Source: an uncultured Desulfosarcina sp.
Lineage (GTDB): Bacteria > Desulfobacterota > Desulfobacteria > Desulfobacterales > Desulfosarcinaceae
NCBI GenBank assembly: GCA_963674945.2
Contig: CAXXWQ010000003.1
Span: 992,001-1,056,000 of the forward strand
Direction of reading: 5' to 3'
DNA length: 64,000 nt
Shown one piece after another: positions 28,584 through 37,845 of the stretch; within the stretch, counting starts at the first letter, position 1; the number at the start of each line of letters is the position of its first letter. The notes under the pieces were generated by a model. It was not told the DNA's origin, did not search any database, and saw nothing but the letters and a program-made list of their open reading frames with translations. The position numbers were made by a program, and so were the translations under genes.

Positions 28584-30473
28584 CTACGGTGCCACCACCT
28601 CGTTGGCCCGGTTTAGGCCGGCGCCGTCTTTACCGTAAACAGCCGCGGGGATGCCCTGGGCGGAGGACGGATAGTAGGTTTTCAGAAAATGCTCCAGGGC
28701 CATCCACTCCTTCAGTTCCTGGACCCCTGTTTCGGTTGAGGCATCGATGCGCAGGTCGGCATAATCATCTGTCGAGACGGGATCACCGTTTTTGTCCTTG
28801 GGGATGATGTCGAGTCCCACCGAAGTCACCACGTCCATCATGCTCAGGGCATAAAGGTTGACGACCAGGTGGTAGAGGGTGGTGGTGTCGTTCAGATCCA
28901 GCTTCGTGCCGGAACCGGTGGTATTCATGTCCGGCGACAGGTAAACATCCGTTACCTTTTGTAGAAAATCGTTGGATGGCTGGTAGTCGTATCGGACGCC
29001 GGAAACGTTGATGTAGTAATTGCCCCCAAAAACGGGCGCCGCGCTGATGGAGATCTCGCAGATGTTCCGAATCTCCGGTGCCGTCACATAGACGCTCATC
29101 ATGGGATAACCGGGTGCGCTGTCGTCGTAGGGGGAGCTTCCCAGGGGCACTGCATTGTAGACATCGGAAAAGGAGATCATGCCGGTCTTGCCCCGATAGA
29201 TGTTGTCCCGAATTACGCCGCTGACGATAACGCCGACGGCATAAGGCTCATTGTCCACCGTATCCAGGTCGCTGGCGGATTGCCGGATGGCATCGGCGAC
29301 CAGATTTCCGAAACCGGTCTCTGTCATCGATTCCAGGGTGAGATCAAATTCGGTTTTGGAGACGATGTCATCCGCACCGACCCCGAGATCGCTTAATTGT
29401 GCATTCAAAACGGATTGATAGCCGTAAACCATGGTATCCATCTCTTCGTCTCCGGCCACCGTGTCATCCACGGGCATAAGTTCGAAGGCATAGCTCGTGA
29501 TCTTCTGCTGCTGCTTGCTGTAGGTAATATCCAGCCGGCTCAGATAGGATCCGTACTCTCCCGGGGAGAAGATGATCGTGCCGGAATCGCCCTTGACGAA
29601 GGCTGTGGTGGTGGCGGTATGCTCGTGGCCGGATGCGATGATGTCGATCCCGGTGACATTTTCCGCGATATCGGCGTCCTCGCCCGAACCATCCTTTATG
29701 ACGCCGGTATGGGAAAGCAAGACGACGACATCGGCACCGCTTGCCCGCAGGGCATCCACCTTGCCCTGTAAAAAGGCATATCCATGGTTGAAAACCACCG
29801 GATCGGCCAGTGGTGCATAGGATTCGGCGTCGCTGCCCATGATCCCCAAAACACCCACCGTCACGTCGCCGTCCATTGTGAAAAGCTCGCTTTCGACGAT
29901 AATCCCTGCCGCCACCAGGGTCTCTATGTCATCGTCCCCGCCGTCGGTCGGATTGGTCTGCAAGTTGGAAGCGATAATGGGGATGTCGAAACCCGATTGC
30001 CGCCCGGCCTCGATCAGGTCGTAAAGAGATGCATTGCCCCAATCGAATTCATGGTTTCCCAGGGTAATGGCATCATATTCCATGGCATCGAAAAAGGCGA
30101 AGGCGATGGGATCGGCGGCGGTGAGGTCATAGATCGTTCCCATCAAAAAATCACCGGAATCGACCAGCAAGACGGATTTTCCCGCAGCTTCGGCCTCGCT
30201 TCTGATTTGTCGGATCAATCCGGAAAGCCTTGCATAGCCGCCCAACACACTGTCCCCATCGCTACCATCAAGGGGCGTGTAATCCAGTTGGGGGCCGTAG
30301 CCCGCGGCGTGATGATGCAGGTCCGATGTCTGTAGAATGACCAGGGAGACGGAGTCGGGTACTTCATGATCGTCGTCGTCATCGAAGAGACCGCAACCGG
30401 TAACCAGGATAAAACCGAAACAGATCACCATCATTATTAGAAAACCACAACATTGTCTTGGTTTGCTCGCCAT
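28584..30473 (-). CDS. Bifunctional metallophosphoesterase / 5'-nucleotidase lipoprotein
   Basis: TSDLH, DSGD, LGNHEFD, SH and SGHEH motifs; GNLVADA; lipobox. Confidence 0.92.
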   Translation of the reverse strand: MASKPRQCCGFLIMMVICFGFILVTGCGLFDDDDDHEVPDSVSLVILQTSDLHHHAAGYGPQLDYTPLDGSDGDSVLGGYARLSGLIRQIRSEAEAAGKSVLLVDSGDFLMGTIYDLTAADPIAFAFFDAMEYDAITLGNHEFDWGNASLYDLIEAGRQSGFDIPIIASNLQTNPTDGGDDDIETLVAAGIIVESELFTMDGDVTVGVLGIMGSDAESYAPLADPVVFNHGYAFLQGKVDALRASGADVVVLLSHTGVIKDGSGEDADIAENVTGIDIIASGHEHTATTTAFVKGDSGTIIFSPGEYGSYLSRLDITYSKQQQKITSYAFELMPVDDTVAGDEEMDTMVYGYQSVLNAQLSDLGVGADDIVSKTEFDLTLESMTETGFGNLVADAIRQSASDLDTVDNEPYAVGVIVSGVIRDNIYRGKTGMISFSDVYNAVPLGSSPYDDSAPGYPMMSVYVTAPEIRNICEISISAAPVFGGNYYINVSGVRYDYQPSNDFLQKVTDVYLSPDMNTTGSGTKLDLNDTTTLYHLVVNLYALSMMDVVTSVGLDIIPKDKNGDPVSTDDYADLRIDASTETGVQELKEWMALEHFLKTYYPSSAQGIPAAVYGKDGAGLNRANEVVAP

Positions 30474-30680
30474 CTTGGATCTCCTTTTTTGCCCGCCTGT
30501 CGATGAAAGTCATACCGTTTTTGCTATTTAAAATTTTTTCTTTTGGCATTACATTAATTAAATTGATAGTACTATCACTGTCCTTGACCCGATAACCGTT
30601 TTTCTGCGGATACGTTGTTATTACTATGTAATTGTCGCAACGGCAATAAATGGTTTTACCCAATTAAAAGAAGAGATGAA

Positions 30681-31577
30681 ATGAAAGATGGCGAGGAGAC
30701 GATTATCGGCAGTCGGAAAAACTATGCCGATAATGATTTTGAAAGGAAAGTTCCTCGTCTGACGTGTATGACGGGTGATCATATCGGACGCAGGATCATG
30801 CTTGCCGATGATCGAATCACCTTAGGACGATCCCATGATGCGACCATTTATCTGCGCGACGCACATGTGTCACGGCTTCACCTGTCCATTTCCTTCGACC
30901 CGGATCTGGGAGTGTATCGTGTCACGGATTTGGGAAGTTCCAACGGAACATGGGTAAATGGAAAGCGTATTTGCGATGCGATCCTAAAAGAATCGGATAA
31001 GATTATCATCGGACAAACCATGCTCCGTTTTGGTTGGGCAGATGAATTGGACCTGGAGTATCAGGCCGAAATCGACCAGTTACTGAATATCGATGAACTG
31101 ACCGGTTTGCTTGTCAAGCGCCGTTTCGATGAAGAGATGGACCGGGCGATTGCAGTCGCCAAAAATCAAGGCGATGATCTGGCGATGATCATGATCGATA
31201 TCGACGGACTCAAGCAAATCAATGATAGGCACGGTCATGCGTTCGGTGCTTACACCATTGCGGAGACGGGAAAGCTGATCAAGGCAACCATCGATAAGAA
31301 GGGGTTGGCCTGTCGTTTCGGTGGAGATGAATTCATGGTCTTTTTGCCCAACCGCAACGCCGAGGAAGGGCGCCGAATCGCCGAAGAAATCCGCAGTCGT
31401 GTTGAAAACCACCCCTATGAAAAAAATGGTGTGCCCCTTACCCCTACTGTCAGCCTTGGAGCAACTGCGCTGAAACCCGATGATACCATGTCATCCATTT
31501 TTGATCGTGCCGATAAGGCGCTCTATTCGTCCAAAAACGCTGGCCGCAATGCGGTAAGTGTTTCTTATATAACTTAA
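30681..31577 (+). CDS. FHA-GGDEF diguanylate cyclase
   Basis: FHA motifs LGR, VSRLH and SSNGT; DELTG; intact RFGGDEF. Confidence 0.92.
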   Translation: MKDGEETIIGSRKNYADNDFERKVPRLTCMTGDHIGRRIMLADDRITLGRSHDATIYLRDAHVSRLHLSISFDPDLGVYRVTDLGSSNGTWVNGKRICDAILKESDKIIIGQTMLRFGWADELDLEYQAEIDQLLNIDELTGLLVKRRFDEEMDRAIAVAKNQGDDLAMIMIDIDGLKQINDRHGHAFGAYTIAETGKLIKATIDKKGLACRFGGDEFMVFLPNRNAEEGRRIAEEIRSRVENHPYEKNGVPLTPTVSLGATALKPDDTMSSIFDRADKALYSSKNAGRNAVSVSYIT

Positions 31578-31642
31578 CCATTGTTGGGAAACAATGAGAA
31601 AATACGTCCCCGGCGCCACGTTTGTCCACACGGTAGGAGCAG

Positions 31643-32020
31643 GTGGCGGCAGTGGTAACTTTTTCCGGAAGCGGTCCGGTGCTGGCCATGGCCAAGAAGG
31701 CAAACGCATGCCAGACCCCGATCACTGCAGTCCTGGCCATTCACCCGGATATCACGAAAGAAAATGACTATGTGAACCAAATCTGTTTCGACAACATCTT
31801 CCAGGGAAATGTGGCGGTATTTTTCGTCAGAGATGATCTTCTCGTGGAACGGATGGCAATATTCAAGACGCCTGACAATTCTCACTCCAGCAACTTGGCC
31901 GCCGATTTCGAAGGTCTCATGGGAAAAATCACCATCGATGCCGAAGACAAGGCCCACTGCCCGGTGATCATCAATACCATACGGAACAACCAGTTGAAGT
32001 ATATTGTAAAAGTATACTAA
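31643..32020 (+). pseudogene. Internally deleted LivJ-type ABC substrate-binding protein
   Basis: An N-lobe segment (HPDITK..YVNQICFDNIFQG) is joined directly to the C-terminal FEGLMGKITID segment; no signal peptide. Confidence 0.65.
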
Positions 32021-32033
32021 ATAGGAGATAATC

Positions 32034-33590
32034 ATGCAGTCGAAAAATCGGATCTTATTAATTGTGATGGCCTGTCTTCTTGCAGGCTGCGCCACCCTGC
32101 CCACCGATTTCGAGAAGCCGACCTCCCATGCATTTTCCGACACGGACGATACGGAACTCGGACGATACGAATCCGCCCTGGCCGCAGACCATCCCGGACA
32201 ATCCGGATTCCACCTGCTGAAAAACGGTTTGGACGCCTTCGTGGCCAGGGCGGCGTTGGCCCGTCATTCCCAGCGCAGTCTCGATGTACAATACTACCTG
32301 TATCATGACGATCTGGTGGGGCGCCTTTTCACCGAAGAGCTGCTCAAAGCAGCCGACCGGGGGGTACGCGTTCGCCTGCTGGTGGACGACATGGACCTTT
32401 CCGGCAGGGATCTGGGCGCGGTGATCATGGACAATCACCCCAACATTGAGGTGCGCATCTTCAACCCGTTCAGCCGAAAAACCGGAAGGCCTTCCCAGTT
32501 CATCACCCGCATGGGATCAGTAACACGCAGAATGCACAACAAATCTTTCACCGTTGACAACCAGGTGGCGATTTTGGGTGGGCGAAACATCGGTGACGAG
32601 TACTTCGATGCCGATCCCCATCTGGCCTTCACTGATCTGGACGTGATGGCCATCGGACCGGTAGCCAAACAGGTCTCATCGGCCTTCGACCTGTACTGGA
32701 ACAGTGAACTTGCCTACCCGGCAACGGTGCTGCGGGGCAAGCCACCGACTGCCGAGGAGGTCGAAACGATTCGTAAAGAATTGAACGACTACGTGGCCAA
32801 GCAGGCGGACTCCGTGTACCTCTCGGCCCTATTCGATTCCGACCTCGCCCATGAGATCCGCGAAAAGCGGGTTTCCTATATCTGGGGGGATGGGGAAGTG
32901 TTTTACGATGAACCGGAAAAGATTCTTGCGGACAATAAGGAGAAAGAGTACCACCTGGCGCCACAACTGGCTCACTATTTTACCGGCGTCCAGGATGAGT
33001 TGATTATCTTTTCTCCCTATTTCGTTCCCGGCAAGGCCGGTACCAAGATGCTCACTCAACTGGCGGAAAGGGGCGTTCGCGTGCGGATACTGACCAACTC
33101 TTTGGCTTCCAACGACGTAGGTTTGGTGCATGCGGGGTATGCAAGGTACCGCAAGAAACTTCTTCGCGGCGGCGTGGAGTTGTACGAAATGAACAAAAAA
33201 TTGACCCGTAAACAGCGAAAAGAGAAAAAAGGCACCGGTGGTTCTTCCAAGGCCAGCCTGCACGCCAAATCCTTCGTCTTCGACCGAAAGCGGGTCTTTA
33301 TCGGCTCTTTGAACCTGGATCCCCGGGCTGTAATCCACAACACCGAGATCGGCGTGGTGATCACATCGGACAAGATCGGCATGGAAATGGCAGCCGTTTT
33401 CGACGCGTTTACCCATCAGGCAGCCTTCCGGCTGGAGCTGGTCAAAAACGACAACGGGTCCGAAAATCTTTTCTGGCATGGTTTGGTGGACGGAAAAGAA
33501 GAGACATTTACCACCGACCCCCATACCAGCTTCTGGAGGCGGTTGGGTATCGGTTTCCTGGGACTTTTGCCCATCGAATCACAGCTGTAG
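32034..33590 (+). CDS. Phospholipase D family lipoprotein (ClsC/YmdC-like)
   Basis: LAGC lipobox; two HKD motifs (HNKSFTVD, HAKSFVFD). Confidence 0.93.
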   Translation: MQSKNRILLIVMACLLAGCATLPTDFEKPTSHAFSDTDDTELGRYESALAADHPGQSGFHLLKNGLDAFVARAALARHSQRSLDVQYYLYHDDLVGRLFTEELLKAADRGVRVRLLVDDMDLSGRDLGAVIMDNHPNIEVRIFNPFSRKTGRPSQFITRMGSVTRRMHNKSFTVDNQVAILGGRNIGDEYFDADPHLAFTDLDVMAIGPVAKQVSSAFDLYWNSELAYPATVLRGKPPTAEEVETIRKELNDYVAKQADSVYLSALFDSDLAHEIREKRVSYIWGDGEVFYDEPEKILADNKEKEYHLAPQLAHYFTGVQDELIIFSPYFVPGKAGTKMLTQLAERGVRVRILTNSLASNDVGLVHAGYARYRKKLLRGGVELYEMNKKLTRKQRKEKKGTGGSSKASLHAKSFVFDRKRVFIGSLNLDPRAVIHNTEIGVVITSDKIGMEMAAVFDAFTHQAAFRLELVKNDNGSENLFWHGLVDGKEETFTTDPHTSFWRRLGIGFLGLLPIESQL

Positions 33591-33742
33591 GGATCTATAG
33601 TCTCCTGCTTTCGTCCAACTTTTTTTCTTTCTCAGGCGGTTATTCAAACCGTCAACTGCCTCTCCCGTAATTTTAAGAACCGGCAATTCTCATTATCAAG
33701 GCATTGAAATAAAAATGCTAATCATTTCAATGTCTATGTGAT

Positions 33743-33758
33743 TGGCACTATCTTTGCT
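33743..33758 (+). promoter_or_regulatory. sigma-54 promoter
   Basis: TGGCAC-TATCT-TTGCT, an exact consensus, about 100 bp upstream of ATG 33856. Confidence 0.8.
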
Positions 33759-33855
33759 TTTTAATTCCTACGATAGGATTCTCTGTAACAACAATCTCGC
33801 AACAATCTCGGCAGTTATTCCATTGGAATGGAAAGAACATAAGGAGAAAAAAGAG

Positions 33856-34146
33856 ATGCGGAGCAAAAAAGCAATCAAATTGACGGTTTTGATCGCATTT
33901 GTCATGACGGCTCTCATTCCAGCATGTGTCCTTGCGGCGGAAACGGTAAGCATCGAAGGCGAAGTCAATGACAGCTTCCAGATTGTTGCCGGCAACGGCC
34001 AAGTCTACGAAGTTGCCAATACCACCAAGGGGAATGAATTGGTAGAAAATTACATCGGCGAGAAGGTCAAGGTTTCTGGGACGGTCGAAAAGGATGGAGA
34101 GGTCCAGGTAATCACCGTAATGACATTCCAGACGCTTGCAGAGTAA
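33856..34146 (+). CDS. Small exported protein (possible OB-fold)
   Basis: AAGGAG RBS, signal peptide, GEKVKVSGTV beta pattern. Confidence 0.75.
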   Translation: MRSKKAIKLTVLIAFVMTALIPACVLAAETVSIEGEVNDSFQIVAGNGQVYEVANTTKGNELVENYIGEKVKVSGTVEKDGEVQVITVMTFQTLAE

Positions 34147-34379
34147 GATGCATTGGGCTCTGAACGACGGCACCAAGTCCCCTGTCTTTCCCTTTTCGAA
34201 AACGGGCACCGTTTGTCAACAAGACTGGAACAACAAGATCCGATTTGAAAGCAAAGTGCGAACTGGTAGTTCTTCTTTTGCTACGATCGTCTTATCCAAT
34301 CTCACACAGGAGATCGTCAGGCCTCAAAGGCTGTCTACGATAACAGACACGACTGATAAAGATTCAAGGAGAATAAGCA

Positions 34380-34733
34380 ATGAATTGGAAATTCTGGAAG
34401 AAAAACGGTGCAACGGATATTGAAACGACCAGGGCAAAAAAACTCGGAAAACCCAAGGAACTTCCACAGGCAGTGGGGCGTAAAATGGTAGTCGGCCTTC
34501 AGGTTGACCCGGATACGGTATGGGCGCTAAAGTACGTAAGCCGCCCTTTGAACAACCAATCCCACATCCATGAGTTTCGCCTGTTTCATCCTGGACAGGC
34601 AAACCGGGAAGGATTTGCCGTTAAGGATTGGAATTCTTTGGATGCCAGCCCGGATCTAATACTTTACGAAGGGTGCTATGATAAAAATGAAGAAACGGTG
34701 GATCTGTGGCCCACAAAAAAATCAGCGGCGTGA
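34380..34733 (+). CDS. Hypothetical protein
   Basis: AAGGAG RBS; 117-aa ORF with protein-like composition. Confidence 0.75.
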   Translation: MNWKFWKKNGATDIETTRAKKLGKPKELPQAVGRKMVVGLQVDPDTVWALKYVSRPLNNQSHIHEFRLFHPGQANREGFAVKDWNSLDASPDLILYEGCYDKNEETVDLWPTKKSAA

Positions 34734-34801
34734 TCCATTGATGGTTCGAGACCAAATTCCCCATTGCATTGAAAAAGGCGGCCTTCACGATTGGTAAATT
34801 C

Positions 34802-36343
34802 TCAATGATAACCGGCCAGTCCTTGGGAAATGGTTTCAAATTTCACAATTCGATCATAGTGCTCCACCGGCAAAGTGTCCGAAAGTTTGGCTGACGTGCT
34901 CTCCTCCGGACGTTGTGCCAACGACCATCCGCAAAGCGAATGGCTTGGATATTCGGTCATTGGCCGGACATCCAGAAGCACATCAGTGCTTTCATCATTC
35001 GGGTTGGTTTCGGGCGCACGGCATCCGGTTTGAGTACAACCAATCAACCGGCCGAACATCTCTACCTGGTCACCCTCCAGCCAAAATGGCCTCTGTACCG
35101 TCTGTTTCTCGACGAACACGGTTTTATTGCCGTTCAATTCAATCTTTTTAAAAGGATGATGATAACTCAGAGCCGGTCTGAGGACGGCAAGGCGATAACC
35201 GACCCGTAACCTGACACATGAAAAATCGATCAACGGCCACAGCGCGGCAGCGAAAGAGAGGCTGTCCCCTTTTCCGGAAACACGGTAGCGTGAAGGATCA
35301 ACCCCATTGGAAACCAGGATCTGGCCCAGTTCTGCAATGGTCGCCGCCGGACCAACGATCTGCATGTGCCGAAGATACCCCGTGGGGGTAATATCTTCGT
35401 AGCCTTCCTTGATTTCATTGGCACTTCTTCTCCTCGCGCCGGCCCCCTGGAACTGGTGGCGAAAGGTGAACGTGCAATAGTTGATAGGCAGTTTGATGGA
35501 TCGTTCCAGGGCGTATTGGACAAGTGCCAGGGCAGTCAACTCACTCTCCAATACGGTGACCTGGGGACCATGGACAAAGGTATATCCTCTTTCTATCAGA
35601 CGTCTGACATTAAAAGGAGTACAGCGAATCTGGTGGAGGTTGAGAAAATTCACCCCCATTTGTTCCAAGTCGGCCATCAATTGCCTGACCGTGTCGAGAT
35701 CTTCCGGAATCGCCGGAATTTCCACGGTCACCCGCCCAATTGCCCCAAGGGCTTTCGAAAGTGCATCCAATCGGTAGTGATTGGCGCTAAGATCGAAGCG
35801 GATCTCATCGAGCCCCGCTTCTCTGAGCTCTTGGATCCGCTGTCTGGTGACCAGAAGGCCATTGGTATACAGCCAGGTGTAAACGGAATCGCCCATTTGT
35901 TCTTTGATCACCCGAAGATAGGAAAGCAGGCGCTCGAAGGTTAGCAACGGTTCTCCTCCGCTGAAACCGACACCCTTGATATGAAATCGGGATACATAGG
36001 CCGCATAATCAACGGGATCCTCGAATACGATCGTATTGGCCATGGGCTGCCCCGGATCGTCCTGGGCGGTGGGACAATAAAAACAGCGTGCATTGCAAAT
36101 GCCGTTGATAAAGAGACAGGACCACTGTCCCCGACCACACAGACTGCACCCGGGAGAAATGGCGTGGGTAAACAGCTTTGTCTGTGAATAGGCCCACCTC
36201 GAAGGGATATGGCTGGTGATTTGATCCACCAGCGACTTCCTGGCGCTTTCGGCTGCCGCGATTTCATCGGGAGGAAGCCATTTCATCCGGTCATATACCG
36301 CAGCATAGGCGGCAGGATCGGCCAACTTTGGTATGGTCGCCAT
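34802..36343 (-). CDS. Radical SAM enzyme (PFL-activase-related, COG2108-like)
   Basis: CNARCFYC (CxxxCxxC) plus an upstream CSLC; SGGEP, YTNG, EIRFD and EIPAIP motifs. Confidence 0.9.
   Translation of the reverse strand: MATIPKLADPAAYAAVYDRMKWLPPDEIAAAESARKSLVDQITSHIPSRWAYSQTKLFTHAISPGCSLCGRGQWSCLFINGICNARCFYCPTAQDDPGQPMANTIVFEDPVDYAAYVSRFHIKGVGFSGGEPLLTFERLLSYLRVIKEQMGDSVYTWLYTNGLLVTRQRIQELREAGLDEIRFDLSANHYRLDALSKALGAIGRVTVEIPAIPEDLDTVRQLMADLEQMGVNFLNLHQIRCTPFNVRRLIERGYTFVHGPQVTVLESELTALALVQYALERSIKLPINYCTFTFRHQFQGAGARRRSANEIKEGYEDITPTGYLRHMQIVGPAATIAELGQILVSNGVDPSRYRVSGKGDSLSFAAALWPLIDFSCVRLRVGYRLAVLRPALSYHHPFKKIELNGNKTVFVEKQTVQRPFWLEGDQVEMFGRLIGCTQTGCRAPETNPNDESTDVLLDVRPMTEYPSHSLCGWSLAQRPEESTSAKLSDTLPVEHYDRIVKFETISQGLAGYH
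34891..34986. repeat. 96-bp palindromic element inserted in frame in the radical SAM gene
   Basis: Arms CTGACGTGCT..GCCAACGACC / GGTCATTGGC..AGCACATCAG; partial homolog at 21093-21166. Confidence 0.7.
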
Positions 36344-36352
36344 TCAGTGTCC

Positions 36353-36556
36353 TCAATTTCGTTCCGCGGGGTCTTCTTCGTCCAAATCCGGATCCAATTC
36401 GTCCTCCACAAAGGCATCCCGATCGCTATCTCGAAAATGCCCATCCATGAGGAATCGGGGGTCGAAATCGATGCTGTCTTCAAATCCGCAAGAAGAGCAG
36501 GCGTTTTCGTACGGTTTCAACAATGTCCCGCAGATACGACAAATTCCATGGTTCAT
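36353..36556 (-). CDS. 67-aa zinc-ribbon miniprotein with acidic tail
   Basis: CxxC-x10-CxxC; ATGA overlap with the decarboxylase stop; ends 9 bp before the radical SAM ATG. Confidence 0.75.
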   Translation of the reverse strand: MNHGICRICGTLLKPYENACSSCGFEDSIDFDPRFLMDGHFRDSDRDAFVEDELDPDLDEEDPAERN

Positions 36557-37845
36557 AGGATCTTCCTCTCGTGTCCTTGAATGTCAGCCTCATCGGTCAG
36601 CAGTAAGATACACCCGTCGTCGTCCAAGACCGCCACCCGCCAAAGCGCCTTGATGAACCGCTGCCGCAGGCTATAGGTATATGCACCCTGGGTCGGGACC
36701 ATCAAAATATCTCCCTCGCAGATATCCGTTCCGAGATAGCTAAATCCCCATACATCATGGGGCGTGCACAAGGAGCCGAAAATATGGCAGGGCCGTTCCA
36801 TAAGGCCGCTTCTCGTCAAGTTCAGAACGGGAAAATAATCGCTTTCGAACCGTTCCCACCCCACCGCGTTGGTGCCACCGTCGGTAATCACCAGATCCGT
36901 GGCCTTACGATCGACGACCCGTAAAAGAAGATGCATGGCATCATTGCAGATCCAGCGTCCGGGTTCAAAACAGATGCGGCAGTCCGAAAGTCGGGGTAAT
37001 TCCTTCCGGATGGCATCGGCAATCCGGTCGGAGAAAATGTCGATACTATTTGCCGGATTGAGCAGATAGCGGCCAGATTCACCGGATAAGAGCCATTCTC
37101 CCTGGGGAGGCCAGTACCCGCCACCGATATCGATGAATCTGCATGCCTCCCAGAAATGATCCGGTATGGAAACGAGCCGCCGTCCCAATCGGTTGAGAAA
37201 TTCGATCTGCCTGTCAGGGGTAAGATTCCAGGAACAATGGAATTGGAGACCCTTGAACATCAGGTGTGGATCTTGCCTGATCTTCTCGTAAAGATCCGGC
37301 AGCGTCTCCAAGGGGATTCCGAATTTTCGCCATAGCCCGGTAGATTCGATATTCAACCGGATTCCGACTCCCATTGATATTTTCTTATTCGCCAATATCG
37401 TCGCCAACCGCAGACATTCACCGAAACTGTCCAACAACACGGTGACCCGATCCCGGTGGGCGGCAGCCAGTTCCAGTTCCGCATCGGTTTTACCCGGCCC
37501 GCTGAAGATGATATCTGTTGCACCGAGGGTCAGGGCGACCTGCAATTCCAACCCGCTGGAGACGTCCAGTCCATACTCCTGTGAAAGCAGGACGTGTGAG
37601 ACATAGGGCAGGTTGTTGCTTTTCATGGCATAGTAGAAGCCGGTTCGGGGCAGTCGGGTTTCAAAGGCCCGCCGAAATTGGACGGCGCGCTTTTTCAACA
37701 CGGCTTTCTCGATGAGATACAAAGGTGATCCGCAAGCGTTTACGGCATCGGTAAACCGCTGTCGATTGTCTATGAAGTCGGCCGAGAATTTTTCTATGAG
37801 ATCGGCCGGCAGCGGAATCGGAGCGTCAACCAGGTTTATCTTCAT
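36553..37845 (-). CDS. Fold-type III PLP-dependent decarboxylase (LysA/BtrK-like)
   Basis: YAMKSN (PLP Lys), DVSSGLEL, SGPGK, KFGI, DIGGG, EPGR, GSLCTPHD and GAY motifs. Confidence 0.9.
   Translation of the reverse strand: MKINLVDAPIPLPADLIEKFSADFIDNRQRFTDAVNACGSPLYLIEKAVLKKRAVQFRRAFETRLPRTGFYYAMKSNNLPYVSHVLLSQEYGLDVSSGLELQVALTLGATDIIFSGPGKTDAELELAAAHRDRVTVLLDSFGECLRLATILANKKISMGVGIRLNIESTGLWRKFGIPLETLPDLYEKIRQDPHLMFKGLQFHCSWNLTPDRQIEFLNRLGRRLVSIPDHFWEACRFIDIGGGYWPPQGEWLLSGESGRYLLNPANSIDIFSDRIADAIRKELPRLSDCRICFEPGRWICNDAMHLLLRVVDRKATDLVITDGGTNAVGWERFESDYFPVLNLTRSGLMERPCHIFGSLCTPHDVWGFSYLGTDICEGDILMVPTQGAYTYSLRQRFIKALWRVAVLDDDGCILLLTDEADIQGHERKIL

Noticed and set aside
36553..37845. Calling the decarboxylase lysA
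   Set aside because: The HIGS-type substrate motif is replaced and the context is not lysine biosynthesis, so it is left unnamed.
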